From the IMG/VR virus record IMGVR_UViG_3300030061_001844, positions 1-40,682 of that record: a DNA stretch of 40,682 bases; one strand, 5' to 3'. The position numbers were made by a program, and so were the translations under genes. How positions within the stretch are numbered: the first letter of the stretch is position 1; each line of letters opens with the position of its first letter. The notes beneath the pieces were generated by a model. It saw nothing but the letters and a program-made list of their open reading frames with translations, did no database searches and was not told where the DNA came from. Of this stretch, positions 1 to 7,440 are shown piece after piece. This DNA comes from a virus (Duplodnaviria > Caudoviricetes).

Positions 1-1046
1 AACGATGTGAAGAACTCACTTGGTCTGTTGGTGATTGGTGTTCCCGATAGCGCAATGATACCTTGAACACCTTGTGCTAATTTTAGCGCGGCTTTGGTTG
101 AAGCGGCTTTCGGGTTCTTGATACGGTGAACTTCGTCAAAGATAATGCAATCGTATTCGTTTGCTTTGAGGTGGTCAAGACGCTTCTCCAATATGTCATA
201 GTTGATGATATTAAAGCGCGTCTGCTCAATATCACCCTCCCATCCGTTGATGATGAAAGATGATGTTTGCAACCATTTGGTTATCTCGTTAGCCCAATTG
301 TGTTTGACAATCGCAGGGCATACAATTAAGACGCGTTCATATTCAGCCAACTCAACACAAGCGAGTGCTTGAAGCGACTTACCAAGACCCATCTCATCAG
401 CAATCAATACTCGTTGTCGCCCACCCGTCATGAACATGACAGGGGCGACGCGTTGGTAAGGTCGCATTGATGTGAACGGTTCCTTGTCGGGTAGTTCAAT
501 GACAGTATCAACCGCGCTTGACAGTTCCACTCGTTGTAATGTTGCGGCGTGTGCAGACTGAACATGAGGGTTTTCTTCAATGGCATCAGCAAGAGGGGCA
601 TAGTGAGGTCGAACAGCGTTAGCGACAGCCATCGCAGTAGCAATTGGTATCATCCAGTTCTTGTTCTTGTTCATCCACTTTGCGTTCCCAGCCGCCGCGT
701 CTTTCATAGAAGCGTTGATGTCTTTCCAGTTTGGTTGAAAGTCCCACTCGATGATAAGTTTGTCCGGTGCGGAGTATGTAGCCGTAGCACTACCGACAGG
801 CACGACAATAGCATCCGCATCGTATTCTAAACCATCCACGGTAATGTCGTGGTCTGCAAGGAAAGCGAGAGCCTTCTCAATCACATCTGCGCGGTCTTGA
901 ATAGTCCATAGACCCTTTGCACCATTCCATGTCATTTGAGGGAATGGTAGCGCAGTCTTCATGTCATCTTTCAAATTGAAGGGGACTTTAATGAGAGCGA
1001 TGCGCGGCCCGTAGTTGTCTGTATATCGTTCAAATGTTATGTTCAT
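1..1046 (-). CDS. SNF2-family (SWI/SNF-like) helicase, N-terminal part; runs off the window
   Basis: Not in the ORF track because it is open-ended. Manual translation from ATG 1046 (GGTGA RBS): MNITFERYTD...MRPYQ...LIADEMGLGKS (motif I), LIVCPAIVKHNW (Ia), IIFDEVHRIKN (II), LSGTPITNRP (III). Confidence 0.93.
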   Translation of the reverse strand, partial: MNITFERYTDNYGPRIALIKVPFNLKDDMKTALPFPQMTWNGAKGLWTIQDRADVIEKALAFLADHDITVDGLEYDADAIVVPVGSATATYSAPDKLIIEWDFQPNWKDINASMKDAAAGNAKWMNKNKNWMIPIATAMAVANAVRPHYAPLADAIEENPHVQSAHAATLQRVELSSAVDTVIELPDKEPFTSMRPYQRVAPVMFMTGGRQRVLIADEMGLGKSLQALACVELAEYERVLIVCPAIVKHNWANEITKWLQTSSFIINGWEGDIEQTRFNIINYDILEKRLDHLKANEYDCIIFDEVHRIKNPKAASTKAALKLAQGVQGIIALSGTPITNRPSEFFTS

Positions 1047-1189
1047 TGTTCATCACCTTCGTAGTCTTTGATAGCACCACACTTGATGCATTCATACCAA
1101 ACATCTGTGAATTGTTGCGCGTCTATTCCATACCCACACCATTCACCATGAGAAACTTGTATTTTCCAATCGCATTCGCATTCAGTCAT
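1043..1189 (-). CDS. 48-aa Cys-rich (Zn-ribbon-like) microprotein
   Basis: Manual translation MTECECDW...YECIKCGAIKDYEGDEQ; it fills the gap exactly, with ATGA overlaps at both ends. Confidence 0.75.
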   Translation of the reverse strand: MTECECDWKIQVSHGEWCGYGIDAQQFTDVWYECIKCGAIKDYEGDEQ

Positions 1190-1539
1190 TCTTCTTCACT
1201 CTCCTTTTCTGCTTGGCGCGCTTGCCACCAAGCATCACCTTCGACAGCAATTTTGTGTAGTGCATCTTTGACCAACTTATGATTACCGAAGTCGAGTGGT
1301 GGTAGTTGTCCTCCAATGATACCTCCGTGTTTAGCAATCAAAGCCAATACTCTTTCTCCGCTTACCCAACCTTCGTTCTTTTCAACCTTGTTGTAGTGTT
1401 CGGGGTCGTTTGGTTTGTCAATCATTATCTCAACCATACCGTAGGCAAAAGCCGCGTCGCTTCTTGGTGAGCAATAGTGTGTGCTTGATGCTTGAACAGA
1501 AATGATTGTTCCGTCAGCGCATAGTATAGGAGTCCTCAT
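1186..1539 (-). CDS. Conserved phage hypothetical protein
   Basis: 117 aa; the CADG..ISVQAS..HYCSPR pattern resembles a recurrent small phage family; coupled overlaps. Confidence 0.75.
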   Translation of the reverse strand: MRTPILCADGTIISVQASSTHYCSPRSDAAFAYGMVEIMIDKPNDPEHYNKVEKNEGWVSGERVLALIAKHGGIIGGQLPPLDFGNHKLVKDALHKIAVEGDAWWQARQAEKESEEE

Positions 1540-1886
1540 TCTTCTTCCCCTCCAATGAAATTCTTGACAGGTATTATAGTCGGCGCGCCGACCTTACCCA
1601 AAGCGAAATCTGTAATGTGGCCGTCAAAGCCATCACTTAGTATCTCAAGGTCAACTTGCAGACTTGCGCGAACGAGAATGCCACTTTCGGCATCTCTTAG
1701 CACCATACTGCGAGCAATCAACCCATCTATGTCAAGCGCATCAACAACCCATCGACGGTCTTTGAAGTTCGTTTGGAACTCCGCCACCTTCTTTAGTTTG
1801 TCAGCGCGCAAAGTCATTCTTTGTGCTTCTGCCATCATTCGTTCTTGTTTCAGTTTCAGTTTTTCTATTGCTTTTTCTGCATTCAT
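1536..1886 (-). CDS. Hypothetical protein with N-terminal coiled coil
   Basis: 116-aa ORF with ATGA overlaps on both sides. Confidence 0.8.
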   Translation of the reverse strand: MNAEKAIEKLKLKQERMMAEAQRMTLRADKLKKVAEFQTNFKDRRWVVDALDIDGLIARSMVLRDAESGILVRASLQVDLEILSDGFDGHITDFALGKVGAPTIIPVKNFIGGEEE

Positions 1887-2383
1887 TCTTGTTCCCCTCC
1901 ATACAGGGCTGGTTCGTGGTCACCCCACGATAGGTGTTTTCTTGTGCGTTCATAGTAAGCGCGGTTCGATTCTATTGAATCTTGCGAGAGTATGACAGCA
2001 GACTTCTCATCAACATAAAAGTTTCCGAAGAGAGTTCTTTGTCCATGTGGAATAATACCATCAATGCGAGAAGCCACTTTGTTCATTTTCTCCATAATTT
2101 CTTTGTATCCTTTGATTTCAAAATTCTCACCTTCGCCCCACTTGATTGTAGCGGCGCGTGTGTATCTCATCATCCACCGAGCGTTGTCTGCTGATATGAT
2201 AGCGAATCTAACAAGCGGGTGATTGTCGAGTGGTTCAAAGTCAATGTCTTCGATTTGTCCTCCGTGATGTTTGAATGCTGAAACTATGATGCGCGCACCT
2301 TCAAAAGCGGCACTCTCACAGTCAAGCCAACAAAGACGGTTAGCGGATTGAACAGGGTTTGCGTCAAGCACAAAGAAACTCAT
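1883..2383 (-). CDS. Divergent pyrimidine-dimer DNA glycosylase-like protein (paralog of 2816..3328)
   Basis: MSFFVLDANPVQSA vs MNIFVLDANPIEAA; NHPLVRF vs HHPCTVW; similar length and C-terminal R.YY...K...SW. Confidence 0.65.
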   Translation of the reverse strand: MSFFVLDANPVQSANRLCWLDCESAAFEGARIIVSAFKHHGGQIEDIDFEPLDNHPLVRFAIISADNARWMMRYTRAATIKWGEGENFEIKGYKEIMEKMNKVASRIDGIIPHGQRTLFGNFYVDEKSAVILSQDSIESNRAYYERTRKHLSWGDHEPALYGGEQE

Positions 2384-2664
2384 TCAACTCGCCTCCATAG
2401 ATTGTATGATTTGCTTTGCTTTTTTGGTATCATTTGCCATCGCTTATCTCTTCGCATCTTCAAGCCTAATGATACAGTGGTTGCAGGTATCCAACCATCG
2501 GGAACATGACCTAACTTCGTTGGTATCGGTGTGTGCCTCATACGATGAAGTAGCGTTTGGGTCGTCAATTCTTCACCAACTTCTGTCACCATAGCAAGAT
2601 AGTTGAGAGTGCGCGCTGTTCTCTTTTGATTTCTCGATTGATATTTCTTACCTTGCGCGTTCAT
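2380..2664 (-). CDS. Small basic hypothetical protein, possible winged helix
   Basis: 94 aa, K/R-rich, ends LWRRVE; coupled overlaps. Confidence 0.7.
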   Translation of the reverse strand: MNAQGKKYQSRNQKRTARTLNYLAMVTEVGEELTTQTLLHRMRHTPIPTKLGHVPDGWIPATTVSLGLKMRRDKRWQMIPKKQSKSYNLWRRVE

Positions 2665-2813
2665 TCAATCACACCCATCAGTCGCGCGACTTGGTTCAAA
2701 TATCCAGCACCGCTTGTGTTAGCGCGGTCACTGAATGCTTCTTCAAGCAACTCCATCAGTTGTTCATGTTTCATTCTTAATTTTGCTTCGCTTATGTTTG
2801 TTTGTCGGGTCAT
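2661..2813 (-). CDS. 50-aa hypothetical protein
   Basis: Start moved to ATG 2813 (MTRQTN) downstream of a GGAGG RBS; ATGA overlap with the next gene. Confidence 0.7.
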   Translation of the reverse strand: MTRQTNISEAKLRMKHEQLMELLEEAFSDRANTSGAGYLNQVARLMGVIE

Positions 2814-2815
2814 AT

Positions 2816-3328
2816 TTATTCCTCCATTGTTTCCCACCATTGAGGCGCGGGAGTTCCTTTGTTCCATGATGCAAACCTGCGTTTGTCATTGGAGTAGTAA
2901 TTGCGGTAAGCGGAAACTGCATCTCCGCGCACCTTGAAATCATCGGGCATTGCTTGAGCAAACTCGGTGAGGATACCAACAGGTATCATGTGAAAGTATT
3001 GTTCCATGTGCTGAATAGCAGAACTACACGCATGGATTTTACCAAAGCGCATAGTGTATTCAGCGGAAAGTGTTCTGCCATGTTCCGCGAGCCACAAGTA
3101 ATTCATCTGTGTGTCACCACACCATACAGTGCAAGGGTGATGGTGATAGCCCCCTTTGTATGGGCGGCCTGTGGTCTTCGCTAAGGGCATAATGTCATCA
3201 GTAGCACCATGTCGTCGTAGCGCGCTTGCCATCATCTGCGCAGTTTCCACCACCATCTTCGGTATGTGTTTGTCGCACATCATTCGTGCGGCTTCAATAG
3301 GATTCGCGTCTAACACAAATATGTTCAT
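2816..3328 (-). CDS. Pyrimidine-dimer DNA glycosylase/endonuclease V-like family protein
   Basis: MNIFVLD...CDKHIPKMVVETAQM...HHPCTVW...AQAMPD...AYRNYY...P.WW is the typical pattern of this phage/bacterial family. Confidence 0.8.
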   Translation of the reverse strand: MNIFVLDANPIEAARMMCDKHIPKMVVETAQMMASALRRHGATDDIMPLAKTTGRPYKGGYHHHPCTVWCGDTQMNYLWLAEHGRTLSAEYTMRFGKIHACSSAIQHMEQYFHMIPVGILTEFAQAMPDDFKVRGDAVSAYRNYYSNDKRRFASWNKGTPAPQWWETMEE

Positions 3329-3633
3329 TCTTCATCGCCTCCACATACATATTCGGTGTAGTCCATCATCGTTGAGTCATTACCAAAGAATGCACCATTG
3401 ACCCAATCGTATGCTCTTTTGAGTTGTTCACGCAACCGCTTGACTTCTGCAAGGAGAAGTGGAGCGTCTGCGATGAGTCGCGCGTCGGCGTATTCTTGCT
3501 GACTACCATCACCGCTTTGCTTCGTCGTGTAGTGAACAGTAGGGATTTCAAACCATTGTTGGCCTTCATCATCTTCCAAATGCTCAAGTGTCCACGGCCC
3601 GCTGTGTCCTTCGTATTCGTCTGTGTCATTCAT
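3325..3633 (-). CDS. Phage hypothetical protein (GPW...DARLIA.AP motif)
   Basis: HSGPW and ADARLIADAPLLLAEVKRLR match a common small phage early-gene module. Confidence 0.75.
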   Translation of the reverse strand: MNDTDEYEGHSGPWTLEHLEDDEGQQWFEIPTVHYTTKQSGDGSQQEYADARLIADAPLLLAEVKRLREQLKRAYDWVNGAFFGNDSTMMDYTEYVCGGDEE

Positions 3634-3872
3634 TCAATCATCTCCTTCAATTCTTCCCACACTTCATCGGGTATGCTGTCTACAATGAAGCGTAGCCGCT
3701 TGATTTCTGCAACCAATTCGTTCATGTCCTCAAAGGCATCATAGATTCGTTGAGGGTCATAGGAAACACCATCTTCTTGACACGCTAATACTTCATACAA
3801 GTTTTGTTCACACTTGGTTAGCGGAACACCATCACCTGTGTCTATCAATTTCAATCTATCTTCATCAATCAT
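3630..3872 (-). CDS. Hypothetical protein
   Basis: 80 aa; shares LVAEIKRLR with the adjacent gene's LLAEVKRLR; ATGA overlaps. Confidence 0.75.
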   Translation of the reverse strand: MIDEDRLKLIDTGDGVPLTKCEQNLYEVLACQEDGVSYDPQRIYDAFEDMNELVAEIKRLRFIVDSIPDEVWEELKEMIE

Positions 3873-4315
3873 TCTTCTTCAACTCCTATTTCATTCTTCA
3901 TTGCTTCTGCGCCTCTTCTCATTAGCGCGTCTTGATTTTGTTTCAACATCTTGAGCATCATTTGTTCCGCTTCGGGTGTGTAGTGTGGATTTTGATACAC
4001 CATGACAGCACCCCACTCAATGTCTTCGGGTGGTATAGATTCGCTTGATGTAAAGGATGCACCTTCTTCATCAATACCAAGTATCTTTGTCATCATAGGT
4101 GAATGGTCTGTGCCTAAGCGCATTCGCTTGTCGCCTTGAGGTCTGTTGAATGGTAGCGTGATTATTTCTTTACAACCCATCCGTGTGAAACATATCCAGC
4201 GCGCGGCAGAATCTTCATTGGTTGAGCAATAGACTTCACCAAACCTTGCTTGGATTCCGTGTTGCATGATTGAAGTTAAGTTGTCTTTTGGTGTAGCGTG
4301 GTAGTATCTTGTCAT
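3869..4315 (-). CDS. Putative ADP-ribosyltransferase-fold (KptA/Tpt1/DarT-like) protein
   Basis: YYHAT...L.SIMQHGI, VYCST and IPPEDI follow the ART-like strand-1 H-x-T, strand-2 and C-terminal pattern. Confidence 0.55.
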   Translation of the reverse strand: MTRYYHATPKDNLTSIMQHGIQARFGEVYCSTNEDSAARWICFTRMGCKEIITLPFNRPQGDKRMRLGTDHSPMMTKILGIDEEGASFTSSESIPPEDIEWGAVMVYQNPHYTPEAEQMMLKMLKQNQDALMRRGAEAMKNEIGVEEE

Positions 4316-4662
4316 TGTTTCACTTCCTTCATTATACTGTTCATTAAGTCGCGCAAATCCATCTTCTCATCTGTGTCTTCACCATTATCAATAGGATGGT
4401 CACCCGCACCGCACCACATAGCAAGTGAGTTCCATGCAAGTGCTTCATCGCTGAACATTCTCAATCTATCAACTGATTCATCAACGCTGTATGGTTCGCG
4501 TGGATATACAATCTCACCATTCGGTTCTTCGTATGCACCACTATCTCCCCACAATAACTCCGACACTTCTGCTACGAAGCCGTCAAAGGTTTCGTGTTCT
4601 TCAAACTCAATCATATCAATGATTCTTATACCATGTTTATCATCTGTGATTTTGCGCGTCAC
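4312..4662 (-). CDS. Acidic hypothetical protein
   Basis: 116 aa; coupled overlaps. Confidence 0.75.
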   Translation of the reverse strand: MTRKITDDKHGIRIIDMIEFEEHETFDGFVAEVSELLWGDSGAYEEPNGEIVYPREPYSVDESVDRLRMFSDEALAWNSLAMWCGAGDHPIDNGEDTDEKMDLRDLMNSIMKEVKQ

Positions 4663-4979
4663 TCAAATTCCCCCGTTGCTGGATTGAAAGTTTTCTTCTC
4701 AACAAGTTGATTCAGTATAGTGATAGGGCAGTTCCACCCTTGTCCGTCGTCGGTGACTACACTTGCTTTTGTTCTGCGCAATTCTGTAATCGTTCCTTCG
4801 GTGTATCCATGCTTACCATCATACCAAACTCTCATGCCAACTTTGAGTGTTCTCTTCTTGTCAGCAGTGTCTTGTTTTCTTTTCCATTTGACTTCGTGAA
4901 CAACCGCGTTGTTCAATTCAATCAGTTCTTCTCTCGTCATCGTGCGCAAGTGCGCGTATATTTCTTCTGTTTTCATCAT
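4659..4979 (-). CDS. Small SH3/KOW-like beta-barrel protein
   Basis: LKVGMRVWY...GTITELRRTKASV...WNCP pattern. Confidence 0.6.
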   Translation of the reverse strand: MMKTEEIYAHLRTMTREELIELNNAVVHEVKWKRKQDTADKKRTLKVGMRVWYDGKHGYTEGTITELRRTKASVVTDDGQGWNCPITILNQLVEKKTFNPATGEFE

Positions 4980-5491
4980 TCTAAAACCTCCATCGGGAAA
5001 GGGTCAAGCCCTACCGGAGTGCCGTATGTTTGTTTGCTGTTTGGTGTTGGGTTAATTTGTTCAACTCTTGGTGCAATAAGAATCCACCAATGACCACCGC
5101 GAGGTGTGATGAGTCGAAGTGGTGAAGGTAGTGAGCCATTCAATAAAGAGAATACATCTTTAGCGCGGTTGTATTTCTTCGCAAAAGATTTCAACAACTT
5201 CTTGTCGTAGTCGCTACCACCAATGGTAAGCATACCTTGACCTTTACAATGTTGATTGAGAATCTTCGCGTCAATAGAACCAACAGTATTCATCGTGTTG
5301 TTGTATTGCGTGTAGTTCTTTTCATCATCTAAAACAAAACCATGATTCATCATTGCATCCATCTTAGCCTCATCGGAACGAGGGATAATAGCAACTGTGT
5401 GACCCGCATCAACGAGTCCACTTAGGGGCGTTTCATTTGATGTTAATTCAAATCCAGCGTTAATCCAGTCTTGTGTTAAAACTCTCATCAT
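4976..5491 (-). CDS. Hypothetical protein with PCNA/sliding-clamp-like motifs
   Basis: LVDAGHTVAI near the N-terminus and PLRL...ILIAPRVE near the C-terminus resemble archaeal PCNA (D-P-x-H-V and LAPRVE). Confidence 0.45.
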   Translation of the reverse strand: MMRVLTQDWINAGFELTSNETPLSGLVDAGHTVAIIPRSDEAKMDAMMNHGFVLDDEKNYTQYNNTMNTVGSIDAKILNQHCKGQGMLTIGGSDYDKKLLKSFAKKYNRAKDVFSLLNGSLPSPLRLITPRGGHWWILIAPRVEQINPTPNSKQTYGTPVGLDPFPMEVLE

Positions 5492-6411
5492 TCATCATCT
5501 CCTTCTTCGACTTCTTCGTAGCATTCATAGCAAAGATAATTTCCATTCGCGTCTGTCTGCATGTCGTTGTCATCCCACCATTCATCACAGTCATCGCATT
5601 CGACTTTACCCATGTCATCATGAGCAGTATATCCGTCGAGAGTCAATGTGATATGCGGGAAATTGTATGTGTCTATGTCAAAGACAGGTCGTAGTCGCGA
5701 GCGAACCATGTGTCCACCTGCGACACCATCCCAACCCAAATTCTTAGAAACAAGCGCGGCAGGTAATACAGAAACTAATCCAGCATCAACAGAAAACTTG
5801 CGACCATGAACATTGAATGAACCATCGCCACCAAGACCGCTGTTATACACATAGGCTTTGTGTCCATGAAACTCAAACTCAATACCATCTCCTTCAAGCC
5901 TGTCATCATTTGGTATATTTTCAATAAACTCATACCAAAAGTGGTCATTGATTGCATAGCATGGGTCGCCGATATACCATTCGGGTCGTCGGTCATGGAT
6001 AGTATCAATGAACACTTCTTGGATTTGCGCGTCGTCTAATCCAAATGTATCAGCGTAGTGTTGTCGGCCATCAGCGAGTTCATTGTAGTCACCATCGCTT
6101 GACAACTTGACACCTTTAACCGCACGATACAATGCCATGTAGCAAGCAACAATGATGTAGTCGTATGGCTTACGCGCTGTCTTGGTAAAGGTGAAGAATG
6201 AATCGCGAGTGATTGCCCTGTCATCGCATTCGCGTGGTATGACAAACCATTCATGGTTGCCCTTCACTTGAATGAGGTCAGCAGTAATGTTCACTTCTTT
6301 TTCTTCCCAATCATCGCTGATAGTCAAAGCCATGATTTGGTTTTGTAAGTATGACCATTGCGCGTCTTCAATTTTACCAAGAGGAATATATGCGTAGTGC
6401 GTGTATCCCAT
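5488..6411 (-). CDS. Multidomain phage hypothetical protein with C-terminal Zn ribbon
   Basis: Start moved to ATG 6411 (MGYTHY; TGATG overlap). Modules: FTKTARKPYD...SSDG; YIGDPCY...DAGLV; CDDC...CYEC. Confidence 0.8.
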   Translation of the reverse strand: MGYTHYAYIPLGKIEDAQWSYLQNQIMALTISDDWEEKEVNITADLIQVKGNHEWFVIPRECDDRAITRDSFFTFTKTARKPYDYIIVACYMALYRAVKGVKLSSDGDYNELADGRQHYADTFGLDDAQIQEVFIDTIHDRRPEWYIGDPCYAINDHFWYEFIENIPNDDRLEGDGIEFEFHGHKAYVYNSGLGGDGSFNVHGRKFSVDAGLVSVLPAALVSKNLGWDGVAGGHMVRSRLRPVFDIDTYNFPHITLTLDGYTAHDDMGKVECDDCDEWWDDNDMQTDANGNYLCYECYEEVEEGDDE

Positions 6412-6674
6412 CAAGCATTCCTCCTTCCAGCGTATGGTAGGTCTATGTCTTTGATAGGCCAAACTTTATCCGGCATACTGTCAAGTTCCATTTGGTGAAA
6501 GTATCCCCATTCGGGATAAGTGCCTTGAACATATCCAAAGTGTAGTCCATCGTCACCGAGTTCAATCGCGAACCAATACCAGCCCGACCATGACCCCCAA
6601 CCTTTCAACACTTTCTTGTCTTCGCCAAAGGCGCGTAGGTAAAGTTGTCCATCAATTGTAATCAGTTCAGTCAT
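6411..6674 (-). CDS. DUF2958-like protein
   Basis: WYWFAIE...FGYVQG..PEWGYF...EL pattern. Confidence 0.6.
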   Translation of the reverse strand: MTELITIDGQLYLRAFGEDKKVLKGWGSWSGWYWFAIELGDDGLHFGYVQGTYPEWGYFHQMELDSMPDKVWPIKDIDLPYAGRRNA

Positions 6675-7228
6675 TCATCCACCACCCAATCGCCAGCGTT
6701 GCGTCGGCCACCTTCTGCGGTTGCCACATTTGCATTCATGAAATTCTGCAAACCAATCTTATCAACATCGCCCCAATGAGGTCGTTGGAATCGGTAAAAC
6801 TGTTCGGGGTCTTGTCCATAAGGCGCAGGGTATAGCATACCTACATTCGGGTCAAAGATTGTAGGGGTTGCATCTTCACACGGCACAGCCTTGAGGCTAC
6901 CACGGTGTCCACTCATGTTGAGGTCGCGTGCTACCCACACCCAACCCCAATTGGCACGACACTTACTTCCACCACAGGCACAGTCACCAAGCATGACAGG
7001 TCTGCCGTCAAGCATAGCGATACCCATGACGCGTGTTGGTTCACCATACATCTCAATGACATAGTTCAATACTTCTGCACCAAACTTATCCATGAGGATG
7101 TCCATTCTGTTTTCATCATTCAAGTCTATGACTTGTTGAACTGCGCGTGTCAATTCACCATCTTTGGTGTCTTGGTTCTGCGCGTTCAATTTCCATTGCA
7201 TGTTATTATTTATTTTTTTCTCGGTCAT
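6671..7228 (-). CDS. Hypothetical protein with Cys cluster
   Basis: Likely start ATG 7228 after GGAGTG; CACGGSKC motif. Confidence 0.75.
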   Translation of the reverse strand: MTEKKINNNMQWKLNAQNQDTKDGELTRAVQQVIDLNDENRMDILMDKFGAEVLNYVIEMYGEPTRVMGIAMLDGRPVMLGDCACGGSKCRANWGWVWVARDLNMSGHRGSLKAVPCEDATPTIFDPNVGMLYPAPYGQDPEQFYRFQRPHWGDVDKIGLQNFMNANVATAEGGRRNAGDWVVDE

Positions 7229-7331
7229 GTAAAACACTCCGTTCTTGCAAACGCGCTCATCATTCCATGAGCAACATCAGTCAAGGGGGTGGGGAGGGGT
7301 GCATCTATTCAAAGGAAAGTGAAAAGATGAA

Positions 7332-7436
7332 TAGCGAGGGATGCATGATGCACCGACCTCCCCATGAGAAGGGTGATGATTTACGGTATCAACAAACGAG
7401 TGTGGTTCATACAGGGGTAGGGGAGTTAGTAAGTAT
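7332..7436 (-). ncRNA. Conserved structured 3'-UTR element, copy 1
   Basis: Aligns with 14478-14585: ATACTYACT, CACACTCGTTTG, hairpin with AYCGTAA loop, TCACCC, then GGTGCA/TGCATC hairpin. Confidence 0.6.
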
Positions 7437-7440
7437 CAAA

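Noticed and set aside
7285-7300. G-run cluster GGGGGTGGGGAGGGG as a G-quadruplex
   Set aside because: Only three adjacent G-runs and no other support.
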